A stretch of 64,000 nucleotides of DNA from Octopus sinensis. Lineage: Eukaryota. The position numbers were made by a program, and so were the translations under genes. Below the pieces are notes generated by a model, which saw only the letters and a program-made list of their open reading frames with translations, did no database searches and was not told the origin of the DNA. Shown piece after piece: positions 12,068 through 25,469 of this stretch; position 1 is the stretch's first letter; the number at the start of each line of letters is the position of its first letter. The stretch covers positions 60,140,001-60,204,000 of the forward strand of contig NC_043006.1 in assembly GCF_006345805.1 (NCBI RefSeq), in the 5' to 3' direction.

Positions 12068-14014
12068 ATGGCCACTGGTCACCACGAGGCTGAGGTGCAA
12101 GTCAAGCGTGACGCAGAGACAAAAAAACAGGATGCCCTGCTAGCATTACGCTGAACCTGACAACAACACCACCGCCACCACCACCATCAGCATCGACAAC
12201 AGCAACAACTATAAAACAAAGGTCGTAAGGCCATGCACCGTCCACCCCACCATCAACACCGACACCACCACCATAGCAGCTTCTGCTACGACAACAGCTT
12301 CCTCTACCCAACAACAACAAAACCAAGGTCACCGACACCCTCTTGACGACGTTGAGTTCCCCACACTGCCTCTACCACAATCTCATAAAGCAAGGGAAAT
12401 GGGGGGAGGAACAAACACGAATGAAATGTGATGCATGAACGCTAACAACGCGACCCTCCACTCACAACTCGTAACAACCCGACTCACACAGTTAACTACT
12501 ACGAACGAACGCCTTCTGCCACAAACATCACCACCACCACCACCACCACCTCCACAAAAACAATTTCGCGGAAGCCATACGCGAAAAGAAGATCTTAAAT
12601 TACTCCCAACAAATAAAGACACAAAGTCCTTGCTCACAAGAGAAGCGACACAATACATTTATATATTCCACGGGAAATCATAGAAGAAACACAAAAGAGG
12701 ACCATCATTTACAGAATACTCAACACCAAAACAAAAAAACCGGAAAGCCTACCAAAGAAAAAATTGAAAAGTGCCTCTCTTTCTCTTCCGGTGGAAATTC
12801 CGAAATTATGTGAATTGAGGAAGTAAATTTGCTACCGTGCATTTTCACTTCCATACGGAAGAACTAGCAAAAAGGTTTTCAACTCTTACTCTGCGCACAA
12901 GACCAGGTAACAATGGTACCAAGCTACCTTGGGCGCAGAATTACGAAAGTCTCAATAATAAGTGCCGCAACAATGGTGAATACCCAGTGGCTGGTATCGG
13001 CCATCTGCTCCGATATAGAAGAAGCAGATATTTTAGAAACAGCTGACATTCCAGAGGAAAGCTGGACGGGTAAAAAAACTCGAAATATTTCTTCAAATCT
13101 CCCAAGAAGTAATAAACAATTTACCAGCCTTGTTCAACTGGAAAACGACCCAAAATGTTATAGTGGTGGAGGGCAGGAGACCAAGATGCATTTATGCAAC
13201 AGTGAGGCACCACCTTAGATACGAGTGCCCAACTGCTGTCAGAAATAGGCAACAGCAACCACTCCCCAAACCTGGAAGGAAACCCCTGCTACCCCACACC
13301 TCCTTCAACCCAAAAGACAGGAAAACAGCGGACGATACAAAAACATGTTTTCCCCTCACCAACCACACACCAGAAGAGAATTACCTCCGACATCGCAACA
13401 ACACAAAGTAAAAGAAGCAAAAGAAGCAAACATACATCACCATCAACATCAAAAGACAAACCAACACCAGCACCAAGAACAACAACCAAAAAAACAAAAT
13501 TCAATGACGAAAAGACAAATTCTGCCCCTAACACCCCAACAACACAAACACCACACAAAACAACAACACCTTCTACCAAACACACATATAGATCCAAACG
13601 CTTTGCCTTTACCCTCTTCTGATTCGGACCACGTCGTCAACGACGAAAGTTCGACGGAATGGCAAATAGCCACAGGGGGTAAAAGGAAAAGACCCCAAAA
13701 AACCAAGAGAAACGCACCAAAGCAGGAGATACCTGAACCCTGAAAGCTCCATACACAACCAAACAAGCACCAACACCACAAAAACACACACAATGCTATC
13801 AGCGATAGACACAAAAGACTCCAAACTAATGGAGTACATCACAGGCTACACAAACATCTGTGAAGATGACTTTAAAACTAACAACCATCCACGCACTACA
13901 CCACCCAAACATCAAAATACTATCACACAAACACACAACACCACCAAACTCAAAGCCCTCTTCCCAAATGCTGTAGGGGGTTTTCCAGAAATATCTGTCC
14001 CAAACACTTTATAG
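12068..14014 (+). pseudogene. LINE ORF1 (gag-like nucleic-acid-binding protein), frameshifted
   Basis: C/A-rich strand with ORF pieces at 12435-12683, 12837-13411, 13345-13743 and 13793-14014. At 13187-13228, RPRCIYCNSEAHLRYEC (CX2CX4HX4C knuckle) is restored by two compensating 1-nt indels. The start at ATG 12068 and the end are tentative. Confidence 0.65.
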
Positions 14015-14125
14015 AAACCTCCTCGAAGACACATCAAAGAACGAGAAGCCAAAACTTTCGACACAAGTAAGTAACTCTCTGTACTTTCCTTTTGTGTGTT
14101 CAAAGCACACACCCCCAATAGAATC

Positions 14126-17100
14126 ATGGTCAAGATTGGTTGTGTGAATGCGCGTGGTTTGGGGTCTCCTTGGAAACAAGGATACCTCCTAAATGACATC
14201 AAGTCACACGATTGGGAATCATAGCCATAAGTGAGACCAGACTCCACGAGCCACGGGCCCTAAAGTCCTGTTTGGCGAACAGTTTAACATTTATTTTGCT
14301 CCCTGTCTGCCGAGAATGGGCGGGTAGTGCACCACGGTACTTTTCACAAGACCCTGGATCTCGAAGCAAGACGATATTCGTTAAACCGGAGGGTAGACTG
14401 GTCGTTCTGGATGTCGACGGCAGCAATGGGTGCGCTTTTCGACTCGTATCAGTTACGCACCGCCTTAACAGGTCATCCGGGTTTCTTTCGACGTCTAGAA
14501 GTATTCCTGGGAACGTCTCGTCCTTTACTTTAGTGGAATGCTACCTTGGACACGCATCTAGACTATGTGGGAGAGACAAAACAGAAGGGGATGCAAATGC
14601 CTCAGAGACCTGCTCAGACGATTCCAACTGTCTGACAGGTACCGACTCGACCAACCAAATGCACCAACGTGGACAGGAGCAAACCGCAGTGGGTCGTCGA
14701 GATCGTATCTAGATAGGATACTGTGTAGGACAGTAGACAAGGATAATTAGATGTCCACAATTCCATACAGTCAGCTACACGGATCACAAATTGGTGACGT
14801 TGTACGCTAGACTTAGATAAGGCACATAGACAGGGTCCTGGGTACTGGAAACTGAACGCATCATTCCGTCCAGACAAGTTTTCAGAGACCGGATTAGCAC
14901 ACTAGTAAGAGGGCTTTGACGGGAGCCATCATCAACAACAAATGGTGGTTTGCCCTCAAGAGAGCAGTAAAAGCAGAAGCGATTAGGACAGCAAAGCACT
15001 AACCATAGATAGAAATAGAGTAGAGGTGAGGCTGAGCTAGAAGCTAGAAGAGGCAATTAGAAGCGGCTCGCGTCCGACTAGTTTGGCGGCGAGGTTGGCC
15101 CTCGACCACACTTCAACGCCAAAAACGAAGGATGTGCTGTCAGAGCTAGGAGGCGTGCTCTAAGGAACGAAGGTGTTGGAGCCGCGAGAGAGGCCCGGGT
15201 GGCGGAGGCGCAGCAGGGCAACAAAGCCACCATTCGGTCTCTGGTAGATGAACAAGGGCGCGAATTGCTCGAGCCCAGCAAGAGTGCGAGACATTTCAGC
15301 GGCACTTTGCCCGACTGTATGGACGAGAGTGGTGAGCGTGAACGCAGGGTGGGATGGTGATTTCAGTACCTGCACAGCCTACCACGACTCTCGGTAAGAG
15401 AGGCAGAGTGCTGCGAAGGTGCCATCACGGCGGCGGATGTGCAGGACGCGATGGCAGAATGCTCGAGAGACAAATCGCCGGGTTTGGATGGTCTGCCCTA
15501 CGAGTTTTACAATTGTATGCCACACTTGTTTGGAGACGTCTTGGCAGCGGTATACTGCAACTGGCAGCAAAACGGGAGCATACCCAGTTTTGTGAGTCGA
15601 GGAGCTGTAACACTGCTGAAGAAAGATCGAAACAAGGGAAACATTATAGATAACTTTAGACCAATCACTCTGCTCAATGCAGACCTAAAAATTTTGACAA
15701 AGGTGTTAGCCAAGAGGTTGGCGCTTGTCATCGAGAAACTGGTCGACAACGCACAAACGTGCGCCGTGCCGGGCCGGAGCATCCATGACAACCTCCATCT
15801 GATGCGCTACATCATAGACAGGGTAGTTAACGAACCTGGCAGGGTGGGGCCCTGATCAACTTGGATCAATCGAAAGCCTTTGATAGGGTAGACCATCGAT
15901 ACTTGGAGGCAGTCCTGAGAGCGGCTGGTTTCGGTCCCGTCTTCCGCGGCTGGATAGCTGCCTTGTACAGAGGCATCCGTTCGGTAATTCGCGTGAATGG
16001 ACATCTATCGAGACCTTTCGACATTGCACGTTCGGTCCGTCAGGGATGCCCCCTCGGCGCTTCTATACGTATTGACTCTTGAGCCACTACTGCGGAAGCT
16101 GGCGACTCTGAGGGGCATCCCGCGAGAATTGGGATGCGGGACGAGCGTGTCTGCATACGCGGACGACGTCACCGTCATAGTGTCAAGCCACGAGCACATC
16201 GAGCGGGTCGGCGAGACACTGAAAGACTACGAAGCGGTGACAGGAGCAAAAATCAACCGGGAAAAGTCAGTGGGCTTGCGGCTCGGCACCTGGAGAAGCA
16301 AGCCCATGCCGTCCACCAGTACCTCCGTCGTGGGACGCTGGACAGACGGCCCGGTTGAGTTGCTCGGGGTCTGGTTCGGTCCGGACCTCCAAATGGAGAA
16401 GAACTGTAACGAGATAACGAGTAGGGTGGTCACTCTCGCCCAGCAATGGGCCGAGAGGAAACTGTCCCTAAAAGGTCGGGTGGAGGTGGCGAACGCGTAC
16501 ATCGCGTCCATCATCTACTACCGCCTGACCATCGTACCTTGTCCCGACCCTACCATCACCAAACTAGAACGCATCCTCTTCCGCTTCTTGTGGAAAGGAT
16601 GCGTCCCGATGGTCAGGCGATCCATTTGCTGTCAACACCCGTTAAAAGGAGGGCTGGGCATGCCGTGGTTGATGATGCGCAGACACGCGCTGAGACTGCG
16701 ACATCTCCGGCCCTATGTAGACGACGGTGAACAGGTGTGGTCGCCGTTTGTGAGGCACGCATTCCCGCAACTTGTCTCCATGACCGAACTGCAGTCGTGG
16801 ATCAAAAAGAGGTCGAGGAAGGGCGAATGGCACCGCGAGTGTCGCGTTGCTCTCAAGCAACTCTGCCGTCCCGGGTCGACCTTGAGTGACTTCAACACAA
16901 CCAAAGCATTCTATAGGGGATTAGTGGAGGGGAGGTACGACGACGAGCTCGGGGCAAACCTGGGCGTCGACGAGGAATACCTGACCCGCCTGTTTCAAAC
17001 GACTTTCGGCCCGAGCCTATGGACAACTTCCAGAGATCCCTGGCCTGGCGGTGCTACCGAGAAGCGCTACCCGTTCGGGATAAGCTCTATAGGCATGGCT

Positions 17101-17540
17101 CGAGAAACACGGGGCCGACCTGCCCGAGATGCGGGCAGAGCGACGAAACCGCTCTGCACGCAATCGTGCAGTGTCCAGCAATTTCCCACCTGTGGGCTTA
17201 TGTCGAACGACTGCTGTCACGTGTGGGACGTGTCGGTTTATCAGCCGAGTCTATCGTTAATATCGTCACACCTCCTTCCTTCAAACGGGGAGGAAGAGCT
17301 ATTTTTATCATACTTGTGGCTATGGCGAAAGAATGTATCTGGTGGACGCGCCTGAAAGGATTAGAGACAAACACTTTCCTCTCTGGTCAATCTCTCATCA
17401 ACTTCTTCAAGTACCACTTGAGGAGGAAAGTGAGAGTAGAGAGGCAAGTTTTGTCTAGTGAATGTTTTAAAAAAAGATGGGTGAATGTAGCAAGGATGGC
17501 ACGTATGAATGACAAAGCCACCTTGACTATGATTCTATGA
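14126..17540 (+). pseudogene. LINE ORF2: APE endonuclease + reverse transcriptase + C-terminal zinc finger, broken by frameshifts
   Basis: MVKIGCVNARG..ISETRL..YLDRIL..TDHKLV (APE); KSPGLDG, FRPITLLNADLKIL, DQSKAFDRVDH, VRQGCPL, YADD (16156-16167), INREKS (RT); CPRCGQSDETALHAIVQC (zf-RVT-like). ORF-track pieces 14212-14712, 15439-15855, 15861-16082, 15997-17355, 17019-17540. Confidence 0.95.
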
Positions 17541-17905
17541 ACCATAAAAATTAATACAGAGAGTTGCTTTTCTGCAAAAAAAAAAAAAATGAAAGAAAGA
17601 AATATAACATGTGACTTCATTGACCGAGGTTACCGTGGTCTTTTCCGTAGGCTTTTCTTTCCACGGGTAAACCTCACCTGTCCTCCTTTACACTTCATAT
17701 TGATATTTCTGTGATAACGATCCCTATTGATCAATTTTTCCTCTCCCTTTGTTTTTTTTAACCCCCCCTTTTTTTTGTCCCTCTTCTCTCCTTTTATGAT
17801 CCCTTTTGATCGAACACCCCCCAATTTTTTTAACCTTCAAAAGAAAAGCTCTACCTTGTAATTTGTTCTATCTGTGTGCAGCCCTGTGTGGCTAATAAAG
17901 AAACA

Positions 17906-17957
<52 letters not shown>

Positions 17958-17958
17958 C

Positions 17959-18079
<121 letters not shown>

Positions 18080-18504
18080 TCTATCATACTGATTTCAAAT
18101 TTTGGCACAAGGCCATCAATTTCGAAGGCGAGGATTAGTCAATCACATCGACCCCAGTGATTAACTAGTACTTAATTTATTGACACCGAATTGATGAAAG
18201 CCAAAGTCGACTTGGGCGGAAATTGAGCTCAGAATGTAAAGACAGACGAAATGCCCCTAAACATTTTGCCCGGCGTGCTAACGATTTTGTCAGCACCGCC
18301 TTCTATCTATTTATGATATCAAAGTGATAGCGGCTAATTCATTTGGTATTAAAAATTTGTCACGATGTGGGATTGTAGATGGTAAAACTGCATAAGATAG
18401 ACAGATAGATAGATAGAGAGAGATGGAGAGAGAGAGAGAAAGTGAGAGAGAGAGAGAGAGAATGGGGGAAGGAGAATTAAACGAACGTTACTTGCACATT
18501 ATTG

Positions 18505-18542
<38 letters not shown>

Positions 18543-18904
18543 CAGGGGTAATAAACGAAGATGATAAAATTAAAATTAGGGAATGGGTCTGTGTTTGTGT
18601 ATGTATATATGTATATATATATGTGTGTATGTGTATATGTGTGTATATAGGGACTAGTGTGCTGTGTGTGCATGTGTGTGTATGGATTTGTGTGTGTATG
18701 CGTGTATGTGAGTATGTGTGTGTATGTGTATATATATATATATATATATATTTTTCTGTGTGTATATGTATGTGTGGTCGTGTGTGTATATATACATGTG
18801 TGTATACGTGTATGCAAGTGAGTGTGTGTATGTATACATATATATGTGTATGTGTAGATGTGTATATGTATGTGTGGGTGTATGTGTGTGTGTGTGTGTA
18901 GAGG

Positions 18905-18950
18905 TATGGGTGAGAATCTCCTTATTTACCTAGGGCTCTATTCCCCCCTT

Positions 18951-18993
<43 letters not shown>

Positions 18994-19063
18994 TTATTTT
19001 TTTATTTTTATTTTTATTTTTTAATATTTTTTTATATATTTTTTTATTTTTTATTTTTTATTT

Positions 19064-19097
<34 letters not shown>

Positions 19098-19403
19098 CTT
19101 ATTTTTTATTTTTTATTTTTTATTTATTCTCCTATCTAATTTAACACTGACTCCTTGACCACTCCCCCAAGTATGATTTTTTGCGCTATGCCTACCCCCA
19201 AAAAGTCCCCCACCAACACCCCTTTAAACCTGCCTAAATGTATAAATGCCAATACAATTCTTGTTAACTAGCTTCCTGAAGATTTCTCTTGAATGAAACA
19301 GTTCTAGTCCTGTAGAAGCTCCTTCTATATAATAAATTAATTTTACTCTGCTATGTATTGAGTACCTTATTTACTGTGGTTAACCCCGAATCAACCCGGG
19401 ACC

Positions 19404-19406
<3 letters not shown>
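18905..19406 (+). mobile_element. Penelope-like pseudo-LTR / terminal repeat carrying a hammerhead
   Basis: Homologous to 28450-28792. Order: TATAAA (19241), hammerhead (19270-19320), AATAAA (19331), end CCCGGGACCTAC; preceded by degenerate TG/TA microsatellites. Confidence 0.55.
19270..19320 (+). ncRNA. Type I hammerhead ribozyme motif (minimal, Penelope-type)
   Basis: AGCTTC (stem I) CTGAAGA ttt-c-tctt-gaat GAAAC AG ttctagtc CT GTA GAAGCT (stem I'). Stem I has 6 perfect bp, stem III is ACAG/CTGT, and the predicted cut is after GUA at 19314. The first pair of stem II is U-U. Confidence 0.75.
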
Positions 19407-19462
<56 letters not shown>

Positions 19463-19671
19463 TTAGCCCCTTGTGGGTAGTAAAAAAAATACATATATAT
19501 ATACATAAAACTTAGATAAAACTTAGATATGTTTCGACCAGAGATTGGTCCAGGCCATGTCTAACTTAATAGCACCACATATATATATATATAATATATA
19601 TATATATATATACACATACATTATTATATATATATACATATATTTATATATATATATATATATATACATAC

Positions 19672-19758
<87 letters not shown>

Positions 19759-19760
19759 AT

Positions 19761-20292
19761 ATAGAGGGCATTATACATACATGCCAGGAAGCATTGTATA
19801 TACATGCCAAACGCTAAGAGGGACAATCAGTCATTTCTACCAAAAATATTACTAATCCCACCGAATGCAATTTTTCAAAATTTTCAAATTTTGAAAAATT
19901 GCATTCGGTGGGATTAGTAATATTTTTGGTAGAAATGACTGATTGTCCCTCTTAGCGTTTGGCATGTATATACAATGCTTCCTGGCATGTATGTATAATG
20001 CCCTCTATATATAAATTAATATGTTCAATAAGAAATAATTTTTTTTCGAAAAACGCTAAGAGGGACAATCAGTCATTTCTACCAAAAATATTACTAATCC
20101 CACCGAATGCAATTTTTCAAATTTTTCAAATTTTGAAAAATTGCATTCGGTGGGAATAGTAATATTTTTGGTAGAAATGACTGATTGTCCCTCTTAGCGT
20201 TTGGCATGTATATACAATGCTTCCTGGCATGTATGTATAATGCCCTCTATATATAAATTAATGTGTTCAATAAGAAATAATTTTTTTTCGAA
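19761..20292. repeat. Perfect 121-bp-arm palindrome plus a 242-bp tandem duplication
   Basis: 19761-19881 is the exact reverse complement of 19888-20008; 19809-20050 is repeated at 20051-20292. Confidence 0.9.
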
Positions 20293-20475
20293 ATTTTTTC
20301 TCTTATGAGGTTTTTACGCTATCTACCTGACAATTTCTTGTTAAGTTTTCCTTATTAAGTAGTTGTCCTTAATTGCTAAATTTTTATATATATATATATA
20401 TATATATACATATATACATACATATATATACATACACACATATACATATAAATACATACATACACACACACACAC

Positions 20476-20506
<31 letters not shown>

Positions 20507-20551
20507 ATTGTAAATATATATATATACACATACATATATATATGTAAATAG

Positions 20552-21052
20552 TAATGGTCTGATCAATAAGTGTCCGGACTTTTGCCATTGTAGCGAAGAT
20601 AAGGCGTGTGTATGTGCACGAAGTTTAACGTTTTAGCTCACTTCCTCTGTTTACAACAGTGGTTTGAATTAACGTGTGTAACGTGTGATCGTCGCATTGA
20701 CAATGACAAAGAAAGTTGTTCTGACGATACCTGCACAGAGGGCAACGCAAATTTGCAGAAAGTGAATGGAATGGAGTGTATGAGTCGCACATAAGTTTAG
20801 GAGTGGTTCAGACGTTTCGAAGATGGCCGAAAAAAATGTCGATATTGATTAATGTTCTGGGAGAGCCGCAACCAGCAAAGCTGAGGAAAACATCGCAGAC
20901 GTGCGTGCAAACGTGAGGGGGAAATCGAATCACATCCGCGAGTTATCAGAGGATGTACAGATTAGTAACGTTTCAGTTCAGTCCATTATCATTGAAGATT
21001 GGGCCAAAACTGCCAAGTTTGGGCCAAAACTGCTTTCAGCTGACCAAAAAAG
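20552..21052 (+). mobile_element. Mariner 5' fragment (paralog in duplication copy 3)
   Basis: Near-identical to 10447-10963, with a local GGGCCAAAACTGC duplication replacing CATGAGACGCGTGTC. Confidence 0.75.
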
Positions 21053-21759
21053 ATGCACCATTATCCATCACATCTTTCAGCATCTAATTTAGTGTTTTAA
21101 AAAGATAGTTGCCTCTCGTAGGTGACTAATCCCAGTCTCATCAAATGGAAATACTATGCAAGTTGCGTTTAAATTTGCAGGTAGTTATGAGAAGCGAGAA
21201 CCGGATACGCATTGCGACATAATTGCAGCAATGTTGTACAGTGTTACAGTGTAATAGCAAAAGTTGTTGTTATGTACATATATGAATAATGCATTGAGTG
21301 AAAAGATTTTACCTGTACCATTTCGTGAATCAAGGAATAATCCACCATTTGCATTAATACCTATTTCTAAGGCGGTGAACTAGCAGAAACACGCCGAACT
21401 AAACGCTCAGTGGAATTTCGTCCGTCTTATGACTTGAGTTGCAAGTCCGCCGAAGTCGACTTTTGCTTTTATTTTTTTGGGGTTGACGAAATAAGTATCA
21501 ACTGAGCACTGGGATTCAGGTAATCGAAACTAAACCCCTTCTCCTACGAAAAAAAAAAAAAAAAATCAGACTTTGTGACTATAAAGAAAGGCTTAAAACC
21601 AATTTTTTTTTTTTTTTTGAGATTTCAAATGTGTTTTGCTGTTAATCATTTAGCAAAATGATATATACTTGTTTAAAATGTTGCAGTATCGGGTTCAGCC
21701 TCGTCTTCATAAACTGTGACAAATTACTTGTGGAAAGACCATAGTTGGCAGAGGGTAAA

Positions 21760-22708
<949 letters not shown>

Positions 22709-22731
22709 GTCTGTCTGTGTGTCTGTCTGTG

Positions 22732-22773
<42 letters not shown>

Positions 22774-23089
22774 TCTATCATACTGATTTCAAATTTTGGC
22801 ACAAGGCTATCAATTTCGAAGGCGAGGATCAGTCTATCACATCGACCCCAGTGATTAACTGGCACTTATTTTATTGACACCGAATTGATGAAAGGCAAAG
22901 TCCACTTGGGCGGAAATTGAGCTCAGAACGTAATGACAGAAAAAATGCCCCTAAACATTTTGCCCGGCTTGCTAACGATTCTGTTAGCTCACCGCCTTCT
23001 ATCTATTTATAATATCAAAGTGATAGCGGCTAATTCATTTGGTATTCAAAATTTGTCACGATGTGGGATTGCGGATGGTAAAACTGCAT

Positions 23090-23948
23090 AAAGGGCTTAG
23101 TAAAATAAATTACTTTGCCGCATACTGAACTCATTAGAAATAGCAGCTAAAAAACTTTTTTAAAGCTATTTCTAATACTTAAAGAAAATCTCTCTCATAT
23201 ATAGTGTTTGCTTAATTCAACTCACAAAAGTTTGGGGGTAAGGACATCGAAAAATCAAATGCTAAGGTTATTCGAGAACGTACGTTTCAAGATTAGTCAA
23301 AACAACATTTCTATCATCGGCTCAGAAATTCCTTGGTTTGGATTTGGAAACACTGAAAATAAGAACATACCCTTTCGAAGATCTTTATTTTACTAAGCCC
23401 TTTTATATAATGTAATAATTTGAATTCGCCTTGAATGGTCCCTTTGCATACTGAACACTTGGTGAAATTGATTAATAATTAATTAATTTTGCCCTCAATT
23501 GTTGAAATTATAATTAATCTCCCTCTGATTAATGCTTCGGATTTTACCGAAATAAGCATAGTGTTTGATGATTTTAACCCACGCTGGTGGAAAGGGGAGA
23601 ACAGAGATTCTTCGCTTGCTTATTTGAATTTGTTGGCACTGTTAGTTGGGAGCAGATCTTCGAAAGGGTATGTTCTTATTTTCAGTGTTTCCAAATCCAA
23701 ACCAAGGAATTTCTGAGCCGATGATAGAAATGTTGTTTTGACTAATCTTGAAACGTACGTTCTCGAATAACCTTAGCATTTGATTTTTCGATGTCCTTAC
23801 CCCCAAACTTTTGTGAGTTGAATTAAGCAAACACTATATATGAGAGAGATTTTCTTTAAGTATTAGAAATAGCTTTAAAAAAGTTTTTTAGCTGCTATTT
23901 CTAATGAGTTCAGTATGCGGCAATGTAATTTATTTTACTAAGCCCTTT
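23090..23948. mobile_element. Foldback/MITE-like element with ~295-bp terminal inverted repeats
   Basis: 23090-23384 is the reverse complement of 23654-23948 (I saw one mismatch). An extra 20-bp terminal copy TTATTTTACTAAGCCCTTT lies at 23385-23403. Confidence 0.8.
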
Positions 23949-24024
23949 TATATAATATATATATATATACATACACACATATATATATATATAAATACAT
24001 ACATACACATATATATATATATCC

Positions 24025-24079
<55 letters not shown>

Positions 24080-24134
24080 ATATATATTTTATATACATGT
24101 ATATATATATACATACATATATATATGTAAATAG

Positions 24135-24643
24135 TAATGGTCTGATCACTAAGTATCCGGACTTTTGCCATTGTAACGAAGATAAGGCGTGTGTATGTGC
24201 ACGAAGTTTAACGTTTTAGCTCACTTCCTCTGTTTACAACAGTGGTTTGAATTAACGTGTGTAACGTGTGATCGTCGCATTGACAATTTCAAAGAAAGTT
24301 GCTCTGACGATACCTGCTCAGAGGCCAACACAAATTTGCAGAAAGTGAATGGAAAGGAGTGTATGAGTCGCACATAAGTGTAGGAGTAATTCAGACGTTT
24401 CGAAGACGGCCGAAAAAATGTCGATATTGATTAACGTTCTGGGAGAGCCGCAACCAGCAAAGCTGAGGAAAACATCGCAGACGTGCGTGCAAATATGAGG
24501 GGGAAATCGAATCCCCATCCGCGAGTTATCAGAGGATGTGCAGATTAGTAACGTTTCATTTCAGTCCATTATCACTGAAGATTTGGGCATGAGACGCGTG
24601 TCTGCCAAGTTTGGGCCAAAACTGCTTTCAGCTGACCAAAAAA
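24135..24643 (+). mobile_element. Mariner 5' fragment (paralog in duplication copy 4)
   Basis: Near-identical to 10447-10963. Confidence 0.75.
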
Positions 24644-25329
24644 GATGCACCATTATCCATCACATCTTTCAGCATCTAATTTAGTGTTTTAAAAAGATAG
24701 TTGCCCCTTGTAGGTGATTAATCCCAGTCTCATCAAATGGAAATACTATACAAGTTGCGTTTAAATTTGCAGGTAGTTATGAGAAGCGAGAACCGGATAC
24801 GCATTGCGACATAATTGCAGCAATGTTGTACGGTGTTACAGTGTAATAGCAAAAGTTGTTGTTATGTACATATATGAATAATGCATTGAGTGAAAAGATT
24901 TTACCTGTACCATTTCGTGAATCAAGGAATAATACACCATTTGCATTAATACCTAATTCTAAGGCGGTGAACTAGCAGAAACACGCCGAACTAAACGCTC
25001 AGTGGAATTTCGTCCGTCTTATGACTTGAGTTGCAAGTCCGCCGAAGTCGACTTTTGCTTTTATTGTTTCGGGGTTGACGAAATAAGTATCCACTGAGCA
25101 CTGGGATTCAGGTAATCGAATCTAAACCCCTTCCCCTACTTTGTGACTATAAAGAAAGGCTTAAAACCAATTTTTTTTTTTTTTTTTTGAGATTTCAAAT
25201 GTGTTTTGCTGTTAATCATTTAGCAAAATGTTATACACTTGTTTAAAATGTTGCAGTATCGGGTTCAGCTTCGTCTTCATAAACTGTGACAAATTACTTG
25301 TCGAAAGACCATAGTTGGCAGAGGGTAAA

Positions 25330-25464
<135 letters not shown>

Positions 25465-25469
25465 TCTAT

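Larger units (their letters stand above)
11847..17905 (+). mobile_element. Near full-length L1/Tx1-type non-LTR retrotransposon (5'UTR, ORF1, ORF2, 3'UTR) inserted in a (TATC)n microsatellite
   Basis: ORF1 and ORF2 remnants are colinear. The 3'UTR ends AATAAA(17894-17899)-GAAAC-A and runs directly into (TATC)n with no poly(A); (TATC)n also abuts the 5' end. The 5' boundary is uncertain by a few bp. Confidence 0.92.

Noticed and set aside
11847-12068. Searched the LINE 5'UTR for an HDV-like ribozyme
   Set aside because: I could not identify a nested double-pseudoknot pattern by eye; a descriptor search would be needed.
15615-15632. CTGAAGA..GAAAC inside LINE ORF2
   Set aside because: The intervening 6 nt cannot form stem II; the sequence is explained by coding (LLKKDRNK).
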